DNA of 64,000 nt, taken from a virus (taxonomy: Duplodnaviria > Caudoviricetes). The stretch is from the IMG/VR virus record IMGVR_UViG_3300015608_004761, positions 35,907-99,906 of that record; one strand, written 5' to 3'. The position numbers and the translations under genes are program-made. This document shows positions 1-8,435 of the stretch, piece by piece (the first letter of the stretch is position 1; the number at the start of each line of letters is the position of its first letter). Below the pieces are notes generated by a model. The model had not been told where the DNA came from and made no database searches. It saw only the letters and a list, made by a program, of their open reading frames with translations.

Positions 1-19
1 ACAGGACCGCGCCGACGCG

Positions 20-697
20 GTGCGCCGGAACCTCACGACGTACCTGAGCTCGTCGGTCGCCCTCACCTACCCCTCGCTCGCCTCGGCCGACGCGGCCTAC
101 AAGCAGCTCCTCGGGCGCCTGTCCCAGCTCGTCACCGACTGGCGGTCGTTCAACGCGGCTTTCGAGACCCGACCGACGCAGCTCTACACCCTGCCGGTCT
201 CGCCGCAGACCGTGGAGGACGAGCGGCGCGCCCTTTACGCAGCGGCGCTTGCCGCCCGCAAACGCGTCGAGGCCGACTTCGACGAGGCGAACCGAGCCGC
301 CCTCGATTGCGAGGCCGACTGCGAGTCGGACCGAACGATCCACCAGATGCTGCTGGAGGACGTGACGTTCCTCGAAGCCGCGCGGGCTCGCGTCCTCACG
401 ATCGGCGAGACCATCACGGGGGGCAGCGGCGGGACGCCGAGCCACAACGCGCAGGACTTCTGCGTACAGGCGGGCTCCTACTCCACGGACGCGCTCTCCT
501 ACGAGGCGCTCCTTTCCGCCAAGCGCGCCAAGCTCGCCGACTACACCGCGCGTGTGCGCGCCTGCGAGACGCGCTGCGTCCAGCTCGGGCGCGCCCGGGA
601 CGCGGCGCAAGTCGTGCTATCACGGGCCCAGGACGCCGAGCGCAGGGCCGTCGCAGGCGTGCGCGACGTCTGCCCGACCTTCACGCCTACGGAGTGA
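20..697 (+). CDS. Hypothetical coiled-coil protein, probably 5'-truncated by the window edge
   Basis: High-GC3 ORF ending 2 nt before the next ATG. Confidence 0.6.
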   Translation: MRRNLTTYLSSSVALTYPSLASADAAYKQLLGRLSQLVTDWRSFNAAFETRPTQLYTLPVSPQTVEDERRALYAAALAARKRVEADFDEANRAALDCEADCESDRTIHQMLLEDVTFLEAARARVLTIGETITGGSGGTPSHNAQDFCVQAGSYSTDALSYEALLSAKRAKLADYTARVRACETRCVQLGRARDAAQVVLSRAQDAERRAVAGVRDVCPTFTPTE

Positions 698-699
698 CC

Positions 700-1719
700 A
701 TGACCGACAACGCCATCGACCTCTACCACGACACCGCCCACGCCACCCTCGGCCGCCTGATTCAGTCCCACCCCGGCAGCACCGAGATGCTGAAGACGGC
801 CGAGTTCGAGGACGACCCGTCCGCCATCCCCGACGGGGCTTTCGCCTGGGGGGCCGAGCGGATGTTCCCGGTGCACACCCCCGAGCACGCGATCGTGAGC
901 GCGCTCTACGTGCGCGAGCAGCCCCAGGTCCCCTCGCACGTCCGGGCCAAGATCGCCGAGGCGCTGGAGGCGTACGGCGTACCCGAGGAGGTCATGCGGC
1001 CCCACGAAGTGAAGGTCGCGGCCGACCCGCAGGACTTCCTCTTCCCCGAGACGGGGACTTACCCCGTGCGCAGCCCCGAGGAGGTCAAGACCGCCGAGCA
1101 GCGTATGATGGAGGAGGCGTGGAAGCTCCCGCTGGAGGAGCGGGTCAAGGTGTTCAACAAGCTCGCGTCGGCCGCCGAGCGGCACGGCGTGACGCTCAAG
1201 CCGGTGGCGCAAGGGTGGGGCCTCGCGGCCTACTCGGCGCCCGAGAAGGTGTTGGAGGCCGTGATCGGCCGCACGCAGATCGTGAAGTCGGCCGAGGACC
1301 GCGTGCCTTACGAGACGATCTCCGAGGTGATCCGCAAGGACCCCTTCTCGCTCAGGGACTACAACGCGCGCGTGAAGCTCGCTTCGACCCTCATGACCCT
1401 CGACAAGAAGGCCGGGATCGAGGGCACCTGGAACCGGAAGGTACCCGACCCGATCCTCTCGGTCTTCAACCGCCCGGCCAAGGTGGGCGCGCGCATGGTG
1501 GTGCTGGGCTCCGAGAGCTACGCCATCGAGCAGCTCGCGGGCCTGCCGGCGAGCTTCTGGGCCGACGCCGTGGGCCCGGAGATGGTGTCGGAGATCGCCC
1601 CCGGCGGTCAGGTGAACCCCGACACCCTCTCCGACATTCTGCCGACGCTGCCCGCGCCGATGTTGCAGAGCGTGGTGCGCAGCCTGCACGCGGCCGGGAT
1701 CAAGCCGAGCGGAGTCTGA
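700..1719 (+). CDS. Hypothetical virion-associated protein with a duplicated F..(P)....(F/Y)PV.(T/S)PE motif and many KxA motifs
   Basis: ATG at 700 after GGAG; FAWGAERMFPVHTPEHA and FLFPETGTYPVRSPEEV; KTA, KVA, KLA, KSA. Confidence 0.7.
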   Translation: MTDNAIDLYHDTAHATLGRLIQSHPGSTEMLKTAEFEDDPSAIPDGAFAWGAERMFPVHTPEHAIVSALYVREQPQVPSHVRAKIAEALEAYGVPEEVMRPHEVKVAADPQDFLFPETGTYPVRSPEEVKTAEQRMMEEAWKLPLEERVKVFNKLASAAERHGVTLKPVAQGWGLAAYSAPEKVLEAVIGRTQIVKSAEDRVPYETISEVIRKDPFSLRDYNARVKLASTLMTLDKKAGIEGTWNRKVPDPILSVFNRPAKVGARMVVLGSESYAIEQLAGLPASFWADAVGPEMVSEIAPGGQVNPDTLSDILPTLPAPMLQSVVRSLHAAGIKPSGV

Positions 1720-2390
1720 TGACCCCCAAGGACGTTCTCCTCGACCCCGGGGCGCCCCCGTCGGCCGTCTGGGCGGCCCTGGGGGCTCTCCTGGGGCTCG
1801 GGATCGAGGTCTGGGAGCCCGAGACCCTCCAGCTCGAAGTAGGGCGCCTGGGGGGCTCCTGGGAGGCCCTGGCGCCCAAGGTCCTGGCAGCTCAGACCGC
1901 GATCGTTTCGCGGGTCTGGACTTACGACTGGGACGCCCTCTTCGCCTTCGCCCTGGCCTGCGAGGGCCAGCCCGCCGCCGCCGACGCCTTCCACCACCCC
2001 ACGGTGCTTCAGCTCGCCTGGGCCGTGCTCGAACTCCAGGAGCTGTGCGGTGCCGAGATCGACGAGCACCACGGCTTCGACCCCGACACGATCGACCCGG
2101 GGGTCGCGGCCCTGCTGCACGACGATGGGTGGGTGCTGGCGCCCGACCCCCTGGGGTTCTGCCAGGGGCACCTGGACCGGATGAACCGCACCAGCGAAAC
2201 GCTCCGCGAGCACGTCCGCGCCGCCTGGACGAAGGTCCGGGACGGCGAGGACGACTCGATACGGCGTATCGCCGAGGCCGCCCCCGAGAACGAGGTGGGC
2301 GTGCAGATCTGCCACTTGGCGGACGCGTGGCTGGAGCTGCGCGCGAGGGCCCGCCGGAGAGCCGTGCTCCTGAATGCTTGCGGTCGATAG
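1719..2390 (+). CDS. Hypothetical protein
   Basis: TGATG coupling at 1717-1721; codon usage. Confidence 0.7.
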   Translation: MTPKDVLLDPGAPPSAVWAALGALLGLGIEVWEPETLQLEVGRLGGSWEALAPKVLAAQTAIVSRVWTYDWDALFAFALACEGQPAAADAFHHPTVLQLAWAVLELQELCGAEIDEHHGFDPDTIDPGVAALLHDDGWVLAPDPLGFCQGHLDRMNRTSETLREHVRAAWTKVRDGEDDSIRRIAEAAPENEVGVQICHLADAWLELRARARRRAVLLNACGR

Positions 2391-4044
2391 TCAAAAAGTA
2401 ACCCTCACCCGATCGGCCTACGCGCAGGCCATCATTCAGTGGGAGGGGAGACCTTTGTCGCTGGACATGTACCCCATGTTCAAGGCGACGTACGACGGGG
2501 ACTACCAGCTCACGGTCTTGAAGACCAGCCGACAGGTCGGCAAGTCCATCCGGCTGATGGTCTACCTGCTGACGGACTCGATCGCCCGCGCGCACTACAA
2601 GTCCCTCTTCGTCACGCCGAGCGAGGGGCAGACCGACAAGTTCTCCAACCTTCGACTCGCGCAGGCCATCCGGTTCTCGCCGCACATCCGGGACAACTTC
2701 ATCGACCCGTCGATGCCGAACGGCGTGCGCATCCGCTCGTTCAACAACGGCTCGTCCATCGTCTGCACCTTCGCCTCGGACAACGCCGACCGCGTGCGCG
2801 GCAACTCGGCCGACCACATCATGATCGACGAGACGCAGGACGTGCTCCTCGACGCCGTGGTGCCCGAGATCCGGGAGGTGCTCTCCGAGAGCAACTACAA
2901 GTACCAGAGCTTCTGCGGCACCCCGAAGACGCTTGAGAACGGCCTGGAGCACCTCTGGAAGAACTCCACCCAGACCGAGTGGGCCATGAAGTGCACCGGG
3001 TGCGGCAAGTACTCGGTGATCGTCTCGGAGAAGCAGCTCGGCAAGCTAGGTCCAATCTGCGGTCACTGCTCGACCTACCTGAACCCGCGCACCGGGATCT
3101 GGGTCGACATGAACCGCAACCCTAACGCCCTCTTCAAGGGGTTCCACGTCTCGCGCCCAATCATGCTGCGTGGCGTGCCTGCCGCCTGGGAGCCCGGGTC
3201 CGACCGGCACCAGAAGGCCATCGTCGAGTGGAAGAACGAGATCCTCGGCAAGCTCGAAGGCCCCCTGTGCTACTCGCTGCCGAAGTTCCGCAATGAGGTG
3301 CTCGGCATCTCGGACTCCGTCGGCACGCGGCTCATCACCGAGGAGATGCTCTGGAACGCGGCCACCGGGCCCGTCATGAGCGACAAGCCCACGCCCGAGC
3401 TCATGCAGGGGATCGTGCGCGTGGCCGCCGGCATCGACTGGTCGGGCGGCGGCGGGGACGGACACTCCTCGACCGTGCTCGTGATCCTGGGCCGCATGCC
3501 CTCCGGCAAGAATCGCGTCCTCTACTTCAAGATCTTCTCCGGTATCCACGCGGCCCAGGAGAACGCCGAGATCCGCGCCATCCTGCGCAACTACGACGTG
3601 AACCAGAACCTCATCGTCGGCGGCGACGCGGGCGAGGGCAACATGAACATGGACATGCTGCGCACGAGCATGCCCAACCCCGCGCGCGTCGCGAAGTTCC
3701 GCTACGTCGGCCCCAACGCCAAGCACTACTGCATGTGGGACAAGGCGCGGAACACGTACATGGTCAACCGCACCAACGCGATCGACTCGTGCATGTCCGC
3801 GTTCCTTCGCAAGGACGTCGAGTTCCCCCGCGAGCCGCGCGCGTACTTGCAGATCGCCTTCAAGCACATCCTCGCGGAGTACGAGGAGGTGACCAGCAAG
3901 GACGGCGGCGGCCGGAAGGTGTGGAGGCACACGCCCGTGGACCCGGACGACTTCCTCCACGCGGTGGTGTTCGCGCGACTGGCGCTCCAGATCGCGAGCG
4001 GCGAGATCAACCTGGGGAGCGCCGTGCCCGGCGAGGACGACTAA
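2374..4044 (+). CDS. terL: Terminase large subunit (ATPase, CxxC pair, RuvC-like nuclease)
   Basis: Walker A SRQVGKS, Walker B IMIDETQD, coupling motif GTP, nuclease GIDW and DDFLHA. Confidence 0.9.
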   Translation: MLAVDSQKVTLTRSAYAQAIIQWEGRPLSLDMYPMFKATYDGDYQLTVLKTSRQVGKSIRLMVYLLTDSIARAHYKSLFVTPSEGQTDKFSNLRLAQAIRFSPHIRDNFIDPSMPNGVRIRSFNNGSSIVCTFASDNADRVRGNSADHIMIDETQDVLLDAVVPEIREVLSESNYKYQSFCGTPKTLENGLEHLWKNSTQTEWAMKCTGCGKYSVIVSEKQLGKLGPICGHCSTYLNPRTGIWVDMNRNPNALFKGFHVSRPIMLRGVPAAWEPGSDRHQKAIVEWKNEILGKLEGPLCYSLPKFRNEVLGISDSVGTRLITEEMLWNAATGPVMSDKPTPELMQGIVRVAAGIDWSGGGGDGHSSTVLVILGRMPSGKNRVLYFKIFSGIHAAQENAEIRAILRNYDVNQNLIVGGDAGEGNMNMDMLRTSMPNPARVAKFRYVGPNAKHYCMWDKARNTYMVNRTNAIDSCMSAFLRKDVEFPREPRAYLQIAFKHILAEYEEVTSKDGGGRKVWRHTPVDPDDFLHAVVFARLALQIASGEINLGSAVPGEDD

Positions 4045-4832
4045 GGGAGGAGGATGCGGGGGGCGTGGAACGGCTCGGCCGGCGCCGAGGGGCCGTTGTC
4101 CACGTGCTGGAGGAGGGGCGCGGCGAGGGCGGCCTCCTCGGGGACGAGGCTGACGGTCTCGGAGGCCCTCGCGCGGCTGATCCAGCCGATGACGGCCTTG
4201 CGGATCGCCTCGGCGCGCGCGGGCTGGTGCGGCTCAATGCCCCAGGCGTAGACCCACAGGGCGCGCAGCACGTCGGCCTCGGCGCGGTGCGGCGGCAGGG
4301 GGCGGCCCTGGAGGGACTCGTAGCCCACGGCGAGGTTGTACTTCTTGCGGCCGTCACGGTCGGCGAGCAGCCGCGAGTAGGCCATCACCTCGTCGTGGTG
4401 GCGCTCCCAGATGCCGCAGTCGTCGGGCATGGTGTCGTGCGAGTAGGGGAGGTCGCCGTGGGGCTGCACGCGGTGGCGGACGATCTCGTGCCAGATGAAG
4501 CCCTTGTCGAAGGGGATGTTCTGGTTGCACATCACGGCCCCGCGCAGGTCGTCGCGGATGGCGGCCCACGCCTCGGCGGCCTCGGGCGAGCCGCACATCG
4601 GGGCGCCCTGCCAGTCTGGGTGGCCGGGGCGGTAGCCGTTGACCTCCAGGGCCTTGGGGGAGGCCGCGCGCAGGTCCTCGGCACCTGGGGTGAAGCGGTA
4701 GGTGCGGATCTCGAACTTCGACCAGTCGTCGTTCTGGATGACGACGTAGGCGATCTCGATCACGCGGAAGAGCAGGGCCTGGAGGCCCGTCGTCTCGACG
4801 TCGGCGACGACGAACTTTTCGGGGAACGACAT
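4041..4832 (-). CDS. DEDDh 3'-5' exonuclease (DnaQ-like)
   Basis: VADVETTGL, NIPFDKGF, HRAEADV; start taken at MSFPEKF. Confidence 0.85.
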   Translation of the reverse strand: MSFPEKFVVADVETTGLQALLFRVIEIAYVVIQNDDWSKFEIRTYRFTPGAEDLRAASPKALEVNGYRPGHPDWQGAPMCGSPEAAEAWAAIRDDLRGAVMCNQNIPFDKGFIWHEIVRHRVQPHGDLPYSHDTMPDDCGIWERHHDEVMAYSRLLADRDGRKKYNLAVGYESLQGRPLPPHRAEADVLRALWVYAWGIEPHQPARAEAIRKAVIGWISRARASETVSLVPEEAALAAPLLQHVDNGPSAPAEPFHAPRILLP

Positions 4833-4853
4833 GTTCGGGATTCCTCTCGGGGC

Positions 4854-4916
4854 AAAAAAACAGCCGTGGGAACGCGCCAGCTTCAAGCACTCCCCGGGCG
4901 CTGGCGCACCGCACGG
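4854..4916 (-). terminator. Stem-loop followed by a T7 tract downstream of the DNA polymerase gene
   Basis: Arms CCGTG..GCGCCAGC and GCTGGCGC..CACGG next to an A7 run (4854-4860) on the + strand. Confidence 0.5.
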
Positions 4917-5008
4917 GGCAGGAGACCGACCGAGCGTCTCGAACGGGTCGACCGGTGGAGGAGGAGAGCACGCGTCGGCCGCGCGTGCCAGGACATGCAC
5001 TTCTACCG

Positions 5009-8000
5009 CTATGCGGCCTTCTTCTTCGACTTCGGCTTCGAGTCCTCCCAGTCGTCCGGGTCGCGCAGGTCGACGAACTTGTCACCCTCGGTGTAACCGT
5101 CCAGCTCCGGCGCAGGAAGCGGAGGAGGCAGCTTCGAGAGGTACTTGGCGGCCGAGGAGAGCGTGCCGTAGCTCGACCCCATCTCCAGGTCCCACCGGTA
5201 GGGGGCCTTGAGCCAGGGGTTGTCGCGGCCGACCTTCTTGGTGCCGTACTCGTGGATGAGGTCCGGCATCTGGTGGGCGTACTTCTTGGCCACCTGACCG
5301 CCGATGGAGTCGTGCACCGTGAGGAGCAGGTGCCCGCCCATGTCGCGCTCGATGATGGGCGCGATCTCGCACATGGTTGTCAGCACGATCTGGGAGCTCG
5401 TGCGCTGGATCTTCACGTTGACCCCCTGGCGCTCGGCGCGCGCCAGGAGCGACTTCGGCGCGTTGGCCGCGTCGATCGGGAAGCGGCGCCGGCCGCCGTG
5501 GTAGGTCTCGACCAGACCGAAGGTCCGAAGCTCCCACTTGGTCTGCTCCATGTAGAGCGGGATCGAGGGGAACTTCGAGAAGAGCAGGTCCTTCACCACC
5601 TGGGCCAGGGCCAGCGGGATGCCCGCGATCTCGGCGATCTTCCTGACGCCCGCGCCGAAGAGCATCCCGAAGACCAGACGCTTGATGTTGGTGCGCAGCT
5701 CCTTCAGGCGTACGACGTACGACTTCTCCAGGATCTGGTCCTTGTCCTCCAGGGTGTGGGCCGCGAAGAAGTCCTCGTAGCTCCAGGCGTGGTCGTCGTC
5801 CACGCCCGCGCGCTCCAAGGCCAACTGCCGGTCGCGGCCGGTCTTGCCCGCCCCGACCTGGGCGGGGTTCAGCGCCGCCGAGGCGAAGAAGCAGTGGGCG
5901 TCCAGACCGTCGCAGAGTGCTGCGTTCAGGGCGTCGTCCTCCGAGTAGGAGCCGAAGATCGTGACTTCGGCCCCCTTGGCGTCGGCGTTGAAGAAGCACT
6001 GATCGTCCGAGTCGGGGATGAAGAGCTTCTTGCACTTCACCCCCTCGAAGACGGGCGTCTTCCCGTCGTCCATCAGCACCATCTTGCCGCGCGTGTCGCG
6101 CAGGGCCCCGAGGAAGCCGCGCGGCATGTTCTGGAAGTTGAAGCCGACGCCTGTGACACCCGATGAGGACGATAGGCGGTCGGTCACGGTGCCTGTCTGG
6201 TTGTAGCCGCCGTGCACGTGGTCGTCGCCGAACATCTCGGCGAGCTTGCCCGCGTTCTCGAAGAACGTGTGTCGGGCCTTGTCCGCCTTCTTCCTCGCGA
6301 GCAGCAGGTTCGCGAGCGGGCACTCGAAGCGGCTGACCAAGCCCTTGAGCACGTGCTCGCTCGTCTGGATCTGCTTGCCGGCGGTGAAGTGGTGGGGCGT
6401 GTAGTACATCCGCCCGTTCGCGTAGCGGGCCTCCCCGGGGTTCTTCCGGGCGATCTCCTCGGCGTGCTCGGGGTTGGGGTGGATAAAGCCCGCCCCGCCC
6501 TCGAAGAGGAACGAGGCGATCTTGCGCGCGGCGCCCAGCTTGAAGTTCTCCCCGCAGACCTCGTAGATCTGCTGGTCGGTGACGGCCAGCACCTGATCGA
6601 GCTTCTCGATGCCGTAGGTGAGGTACGCCTTGTCGATCTTGACGCCACGCAGCTCGATCTTGGCCAGCTCTCGCTGGAGCGGCAGCTTGAAGGCCCGCAC
6701 GGTGGTGTGTGAGGGGTGCGGATCGGGGCAGAGCTCCTTGACGACAAAGACCTGCTTGCCCTGCTGGGCGGGGGGCTGGTTCGCGAGGCTCTCCTTCTCG
6801 ACAGCACGCTTACGCGCGATGATCTTGTCCTCCTCCAGCATTCGTCGGTTCTGGATGAGCGCGAGGCGGCGCGTCACGTCCGCGTCCACGGCCGCGTAGA
6901 AGCTGAGCTCCGGCAGGGAGACGTGCTCGTAGCCCCCCTTCTTCTTGCGCTCCTTGGCCTCGGCCTCCTTCTGCTGATAGGAGAACTCGCCCGCCGCCTT
7001 GGCCGCGAGCACGATGCGCAGGTCCGCGAGGTGCTCGGCCGAGATGGGCTGCTTCTTGTGCAGCCCCGTGGCGAGCATCTTCTCCACCGTCGGAACCTTG
7101 AACGCGACGGTGACGAGCTTCGCCTCCGTCACCCGCTTGAGGGCCTGGGCGACCCCCTCGGGCACCCGGACGGTCTTGGTCCTGGTGACCTGGACGGCCT
7201 CCCCCTCGCCCTCCTCGTCCTGCTCCAACTGGTCCTTCAGCCGGTCCTCGTAGCCTGAGAACTGGGGGAAGAACCGCTTGGTGAGGGCCTTCAGGCTGTA
7301 CTCTCCCTTCTTGTCCTCCTCCAGGGTGTGCTCGGCGAGCATGGCGTCCCACCACGGCCTCCCGATGTCGGTCATCGGCAGCCCGAGGCGCCACAGGACC
7401 TTCCAGTCGTACTTGCCGTGGTGCCACATGAGCTTCTTGCCCGAGCGCAAGAGCTCCTTGACCATCTCCCAAGCCGCCGCCCCGTCGTACGGCGTACTGT
7501 CGTGCCAGAGGGGAACGAAGGCGGCCTTGCCCTCGTCCCAGGCGAACGACACCCCGAGGCACTTCAGGCCCGACCACTGGGGGTGCAAGGTGTTCGTCTC
7601 GGTGTCGAACGAGATCGCCCAGTCCAGGGGGTCGGTCCCCGGCCTGGAGTAGCGGATCACCTCGTCGATCAGCTCCCGCACCTCGGGGAGCGTCTGAGGG
7701 AAGCGGTAGCCCGAGGCCGCCTGCTCGCGGGACAGGCGCGCCACGGGCTGGTCTCGGACGATCCGCAGGGCGCGCTCCACGTCGGCCAGGAGGGTCTGGT
7801 AGGTGCCGACGTGGCCCGCGTAGCTCTTGAGCGACCGGGTGGCGACGACCGACACCTCGACGCCCCCGACGCGCACGTTCTCGAACGCCCGCCCGAGGGC
7901 CTCGGCCTCCGAGCGGACGTTCACGCCGAGGGCGTGCAGGGCGGGCAGGCCGCACGCCAGGACCACCACGCGCTTGTTGAAGCCGAGGGTGACCCGGTTG

Positions 8001-8428
8001 GACACCACGCGCGCGATGTCCGCGAGGAGGTACGGGTTGCACATCGAGGCGGCCTTCTTATCGACCTTCTCGGACGCGCACTTCACCGCGTAGGCGTACC
8101 GTACCTGGAGATTCGGGAAGCCGTTGTCGGCTACCTCCTTGACGGCCTGACGGACGACCTTGGCGCCGTCGTCCGCCCACACGCGGTGGTGCTGACGCTC
8201 CATCTGCACCGCCTGCCCCCCGATCAGGGCGAGGCGTGGCACGGGCGGGGCGTCGGCCAGGACGATCAGCTCGGCGGTGTCGGGGCCGTCGGGGTGGGGG
8301 TAGTAGTGGGCGTCCTTGAACGAGGGGCACCCCTCGCACGATGGGCCCGCCTTGACGTTGTAGGGGGGCTGCTGGCAGAGCGGGCAGGCGGACGGTTCGA
8401 TCTGGAGGACTGGCAGTTGGGTGGCCAC
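5009..8428 (-). CDS. Family A DNA polymerase with N-terminal uracil-DNA-glycosylase-like domain and 3'-5' exonuclease (SPO1-like architecture)
   Basis: Cys-rich N-terminus with ADAP, YAVKC and CNPYL; Exo motifs SFDTET, HGKYD, YAAVDAD; motif A DAKGAE, motif B RTNIKRLVFGMLFG, motif C TVHDS. Confidence 0.9.
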   Translation of the reverse strand: MATQLPVLQIEPSACPLCQQPPYNVKAGPSCEGCPSFKDAHYYPHPDGPDTAELIVLADAPPVPRLALIGGQAVQMERQHHRVWADDGAKVVRQAVKEVADNGFPNLQVRYAYAVKCASEKVDKKAASMCNPYLLADIARVVSNRVTLGFNKRVVVLACGLPALHALGVNVRSEAEALGRAFENVRVGGVEVSVVATRSLKSYAGHVGTYQTLLADVERALRIVRDQPVARLSREQAASGYRFPQTLPEVRELIDEVIRYSRPGTDPLDWAISFDTETNTLHPQWSGLKCLGVSFAWDEGKAAFVPLWHDSTPYDGAAAWEMVKELLRSGKKLMWHHGKYDWKVLWRLGLPMTDIGRPWWDAMLAEHTLEEDKKGEYSLKALTKRFFPQFSGYEDRLKDQLEQDEEGEGEAVQVTRTKTVRVPEGVAQALKRVTEAKLVTVAFKVPTVEKMLATGLHKKQPISAEHLADLRIVLAAKAAGEFSYQQKEAEAKERKKKGGYEHVSLPELSFYAAVDADVTRRLALIQNRRMLEEDKIIARKRAVEKESLANQPPAQQGKQVFVVKELCPDPHPSHTTVRAFKLPLQRELAKIELRGVKIDKAYLTYGIEKLDQVLAVTDQQIYEVCGENFKLGAARKIASFLFEGGAGFIHPNPEHAEEIARKNPGEARYANGRMYYTPHHFTAGKQIQTSEHVLKGLVSRFECPLANLLLARKKADKARHTFFENAGKLAEMFGDDHVHGGYNQTGTVTDRLSSSSGVTGVGFNFQNMPRGFLGALRDTRGKMVLMDDGKTPVFEGVKCKKLFIPDSDDQCFFNADAKGAEVTIFGSYSEDDALNAALCDGLDAHCFFASAALNPAQVGAGKTGRDRQLALERAGVDDDHAWSYEDFFAAHTLEDKDQILEKSYVVRLKELRTNIKRLVFGMLFGAGVRKIAEIAGIPLALAQVVKDLLFSKFPSIPLYMEQTKWELRTFGLVETYHGGRRRFPIDAANAPKSLLARAERQGVNVKIQRTSSQIVLTTMCEIAPIIERDMGGHLLLTVHDSIGGQVAKKYAHQMPDLIHEYGTKKVGRDNPWLKAPYRWDLEMGSSYGTLSSAAKYLSKLPPPLPAPELDGYTEGDKFVDLRDPDDWEDSKPKSKKKAA

Positions 8429-8435
8429 GTCTACC

